Source: Holophagaceae bacterium | Lineage (GTDB): Bacteria > Acidobacteriota > Holophagae > Holophagales > Holophagaceae | Assembly: GCA_027451045.1 (NCBI GenBank) | Contig: DAIDKC010000073.1 | Coordinates: 1 to 49,846, forward strand | Reading direction: 5' to 3' | Length of the DNA: 49,846 nucleotides | Made by a program: the position numbers and the translations under genes | Notes under the pieces: generated by a model | What the model was told of the DNA's origin: nothing | What the model saw: only the letters and a program-made list of their open reading frames with translations | Database searches by the model: none | Shown here: positions 46,692-49,846 of the stretch, in pieces | Position numbering within the stretch: position 1 is the stretch's first letter | Layout of the letters: each line of letters opens with the position of its first letter

Positions 46692-47048
46692 ATGTCCTTC
46701 CGTCCCCTGGTTCCTTTCCTGTTCCTGGCAGGGTCATGCCTGGTGGCCCAGGCTCCGGCAAAGTCCACCGAGGAACTCCGGGCCTTCTTCCAGCAGAACT
46801 GCGTCCGGTGCCATGGCGCAGACGGCTCGGCCACCGCCAACGGCAGGAGCCTCCGGGGCTTCGATTTCACCAACGCGGCGCGCATGGCCCGCCAGACGGA
46901 TGCCAAGATGGTGCATACCATCCGGAAGGGCATCTTCTTCGGCTGGATCATGCCCTCCTTCGGCAAGAAGCTGAGCGAGGCCGATGCCGAGGCCATGGTG
47001 CGCGACGTGCTCCGGAAGGCCCAGAAGGGCAAGCCCATCACACGCTAG
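46692..47048 (+). CDS. Monoheme cytochrome c (c6-like)
   Basis: GGAGG RBS, signal peptide, CVRCHG, MPSF...LSEAD. Confidence 0.88.
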   Translation: MSFRPLVPFLFLAGSCLVAQAPAKSTEELRAFFQQNCVRCHGADGSATANGRSLRGFDFTNAARMARQTDAKMVHTIRKGIFFGWIMPSFGKKLSEADAEAMVRDVLRKAQKGKPITR

Positions 47049-47057
47049 ACTGAGGGG

Positions 47058-49352
47058 ATGCCCGGCCCCGCCCCCGAACCGCACCTCCACCCGCTCCTCC
47101 GGAACCTGAACGCCCCCCAGCGGGAGGCCGTGTCCCACGTCCAGGGGCCCCTGCTCATCCTGGCGGGCGCCGGCTCGGGCAAGACCACGGTCATCACCCG
47201 GCGCATCGCCTGGCTCATCGAGGAGGAGGGCGTCCCGCCCGGCGCCATCCTCGCCATGACCTTCACCAACAAGGCGGCGGAGGAGATGCGGGACCGCGTG
47301 GCGCGGCTGGTGTCCGTGCCCGTGGAGCAGCTCTGGGTGAGCACCTTCCACAGCTTCTGCACCCGCATCCTGCGCCGCGAAGGCGACCGCACGCCCGTGG
47401 GCCGGGACTTCGTGATCTTTGATCCCTCCGACCAGAAGAGCCTCATGAAGCAGGTGCTGGCGGAGCTGCACATGCCCGAGAAGCAGTTCCACCCCAAGCG
47501 GGTGCTGGAGCTCATCTCCGACTTCAAGAACCGCTGCCTGCTGCCGGAGGAGGCCCGGGAGGAGGCCCTGGACTCCTGGACCCGCAAGGTGCTCGACGCC
47601 TACGACCTCTACCAGAAGGGACTGCGGAACCACCGGGCCTGCGACTTCGACGACCTGCTGCTGCACACCGAGCGCCTCTTCCGCGACTCCGTGATCCAGA
47701 CGGCCTACGGCGACCGCTTCCGCTTCATCCTGGTGGACGAGTACCAGGACACCAACCGCGCCCAGTACCTGCTCGTGCAGCACCTCGCCAGGCGCCACCA
47801 CAACCTCTGCGTGGTGGGCGACGAGGACCAGTCCATCTACGGCTGGCGCGGCGCGGACATCCGCAACATCCTCGACTTCCAGCGGGACTTCCCGGAGGCG
47901 GTGCAGATCAAGCTGGAGCAGAACTACCGCAGCACCCAGCGCATCCTGGATGCCGCCAGCTCCGTCATCGCCAACAACTCCCAGCGCCTGGGCAAGACGC
48001 TCTGGAGCGACCTGGGCCACGGCGAATCCCTCGTCTTCAAGCTGGCGGACGAGGGGCGCCTGGAGGCGGAGTGGGTGGTCCAGCGCATCCTGGATCTCCG
48101 CGCGGGAGACCCCGAGGGCAAGGTGGCCGTGCTCTACCGGGCCAACTGGCAGTCCCGGCAGCTGGAAGAAGCGCTGCGGGCCGTGAACCTGCCCTACCGA
48201 CTGGTGGGCGGCGTGAAGTTCTACGAGCGCCAGGAAGTGAAGGACCTCCTATCCTACCTGCGCCTGGTGTCGAACCCCTTCGACCTGGTGAGCTTCCGTC
48301 GCTGCGTGAACGCGCCCACCCGGGGCGTGGGCCCGACCACCCTGGCGAAGATCGAGGCGGCCATCCCGGAGGGCGGGACGCCCCTGGAAGGCCTGGCGGA
48401 GGTGCTGCGCCGGGGTGAGCTGAAGGGGCGGGCCCCGCGGGAGTTGGGCAGGTTCCTCGACCTCTTCCGCCGGGCCGAGGGCGAGCGGGAGGTCCAGGGC
48501 CTCTCGGGTCTGGTTCGCTGGGTGCTCCAGGAGAGCGGCTACCTCCAGAGCCTGGAGGACGAGGGCACGCTGGAGGCCGAGGGCCGGATCCGCAACCTGG
48601 AGGAGTTCCTCAGTGCCGCGGTCGAGGCGGAATCCCTGGGGGTGCGCCTGGCGGAGTTCCTGGACCGCGTCACCCTGGCGGCGGATGCCGACCAGGTGGA
48701 GGAGAGCGCCCAGCTCAGCCTCATGACCATCCACTGCGCCAAGGGCCTGGAGTTCCCCTACGTGTTCGTGGTGGGCCTGGAGGAGGACGTCTTCCCCAAC
48801 CGCAATGCCCGGGAGACGCCGGAGGGCCTGGAGGAGGAGCGGCGCCTGTTCTACGTGGCCATCACCCGGGCCCAGCGGCGGCTGACCCTCACGGCCGCGC
48901 GGCGACGCCGGATCATGGGCAGCGAGGTGATCTCCATGCCCAGCCGCTTCCTGCGGGAGATCCCCGCCGAGGCCCTGCAGACGCCCATCCGGTGGGGGAC
49001 GGAACTCTACCAGGCGGGCGAGGGTGTGCGTCCCGGCAGCTCCTTCACCGGTCGGAGCTCCGGCGGCGCCGCCGTGGCCACGGAACTCCAGCGCATCCGC
49101 GGCTTCTTCGATCGCGTCCGGGCCCAGGGCGACGCCTCGCCGGAGCCTTCCTCCCCTGTGCCGCCGCCGGAGGCCCGCCCGGCTGCGGGCGCCTGGCCCA
49201 GCGGCACCCGGGTCCGCAGCCCCCGCTTCGGTCGGGGCATCATCGTCGCCAGCACCGGCAGCGGGGATGGCCTGACCTACACCGTGCGCTTCTCCGAGTC
49301 CGGCGAGAAGCGGATCCTGGCCCGTTTCGGCATGCTCGAGAAGGAAGGCTGA
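47058..49352 (+). CDS. pcrA: UvrD/PcrA superfamily 1 helicase
   Basis: AGAGSGKT, TFTNKAA, DEYQD, GDEDQSIY.WRGA, NYRS, H.AKGLEF, EERRL.YVA.TRA, C-terminal Tudor-like domain. Confidence 0.96.
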   Translation: MPGPAPEPHLHPLLRNLNAPQREAVSHVQGPLLILAGAGSGKTTVITRRIAWLIEEEGVPPGAILAMTFTNKAAEEMRDRVARLVSVPVEQLWVSTFHSFCTRILRREGDRTPVGRDFVIFDPSDQKSLMKQVLAELHMPEKQFHPKRVLELISDFKNRCLLPEEAREEALDSWTRKVLDAYDLYQKGLRNHRACDFDDLLLHTERLFRDSVIQTAYGDRFRFILVDEYQDTNRAQYLLVQHLARRHHNLCVVGDEDQSIYGWRGADIRNILDFQRDFPEAVQIKLEQNYRSTQRILDAASSVIANNSQRLGKTLWSDLGHGESLVFKLADEGRLEAEWVVQRILDLRAGDPEGKVAVLYRANWQSRQLEEALRAVNLPYRLVGGVKFYERQEVKDLLSYLRLVSNPFDLVSFRRCVNAPTRGVGPTTLAKIEAAIPEGGTPLEGLAEVLRRGELKGRAPRELGRFLDLFRRAEGEREVQGLSGLVRWVLQESGYLQSLEDEGTLEAEGRIRNLEEFLSAAVEAESLGVRLAEFLDRVTLAADADQVEESAQLSLMTIHCAKGLEFPYVFVVGLEEDVFPNRNARETPEGLEEERRLFYVAITRAQRRLTLTAARRRRIMGSEVISMPSRFLREIPAEALQTPIRWGTELYQAGEGVRPGSSFTGRSSGGAAVATELQRIRGFFDRVRAQGDASPEPSSPVPPPEARPAAGAWPSGTRVRSPRFGRGIIVASTGSGDGLTYTVRFSESGEKRILARFGMLEKEG

Positions 49353-49359
49353 AGCGGGC

Positions 49360-49815
49360 TCAGCCGAAGCGGTCGGCCAGCACCTTCCGGCGGTAGGCGA
49401 AGATCCGCTCGAGATCCCGACGGATCCAGAGGGCGTGGGCGAGGCTCCCGAGGAGGCCCCAGCCCACGCGGTAGCACACCTCGTCTGTCATCCGTGTGCC
49501 GCCCTTGGGCAGGTCCTCGAAACGGTGCGTGTGGTGCCAGAGGGCGTAGGGGCCACGGAGCTGGCAGTCCGAGAAGAGGCTTCCTGGGACGTAGGCGTCA
49601 ATGAGGGTGCGCCAGCGGAGGGGCAGGCCCCGCACCCTGATCCGGTAGTCGAAGATCGCGCCCTCGCCCCTGGGCAGGGGGGGCGGCGTGAGGATCTCGA
49701 AAGCCAGCCAGGGCGGGGTGAGGCGTTCCAGGTTGGCGGGGTCCGCGAAGAAGGCGAACACCTGTTCCCGGGGCACCGGGAGGTCCTGCACCGCCATGAA
49801 CCTGGCTTCCCTCAC
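49360..49815 (-). CDS. SRPBCC family protein
   Basis: VFAFFADPANLERLTPP, F.D.QL.GPY..W.H.H.F, IFAYR. Confidence 0.9.
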   Translation of the reverse strand: MREARFMAVQDLPVPREQVFAFFADPANLERLTPPWLAFEILTPPPLPRGEGAIFDYRIRVRGLPLRWRTLIDAYVPGSLFSDCQLRGPYALWHHTHRFEDLPKGGTRMTDEVCYRVGWGLLGSLAHALWIRRDLERIFAYRRKVLADRFG

Positions 49816-49846
49816 AAGAGGTCCTCCAGGGCCGCTTCCGGCGCCG

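Overview
High-GC bacterial chromosomal window with about 46 real CDSs and one tRNA. The gene repertoire and style suggest an anaerobic Gram-negative organism, plausibly Holophagae/Geothrix-like Acidobacteriota; this is inference only. Most ORFs in the supplied track are antisense or shadow ORFs. Housekeeping genes include yggS, groES-groEL with a CIRCE operator, lipA, scpA, uvrC, anmK, gatC, tsaD, priA, rsmA, rnj, hpt, lptE, holA, tRNA-Leu(TAA) and pcrA/uvrD. Accessory modules are a DUF4139-GGDEF-DUF58-VWA operon with no MoxR in the window, a minor-pilin/PilY1 cluster, an ECF sigma/anti-sigma/Spy-like triad, a YaiO-like barrel next to a Q/D/R-repeat secreted protein, and two small cytochromes c. 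The best candidate for an undescribed system is a four-gene operon at 10832-15461. It encodes a HybA-like 4x[4Fe-4S] protein and a HybB/NrfD membrane subunit with no catalytic partner, a histidine kinase with two periplasmic heme-c motifs, and a membrane-anchored receiver fused to a GcvH-like domain whose lipoyl-lysine is replaced by Ala. Second are short palindromic elements apparently inserted in frame into uvrC and priA. Many housekeeping genes also appear leaderless. No CRISPR array, rRNA, transposase, integrase or reverse transcriptase was seen.
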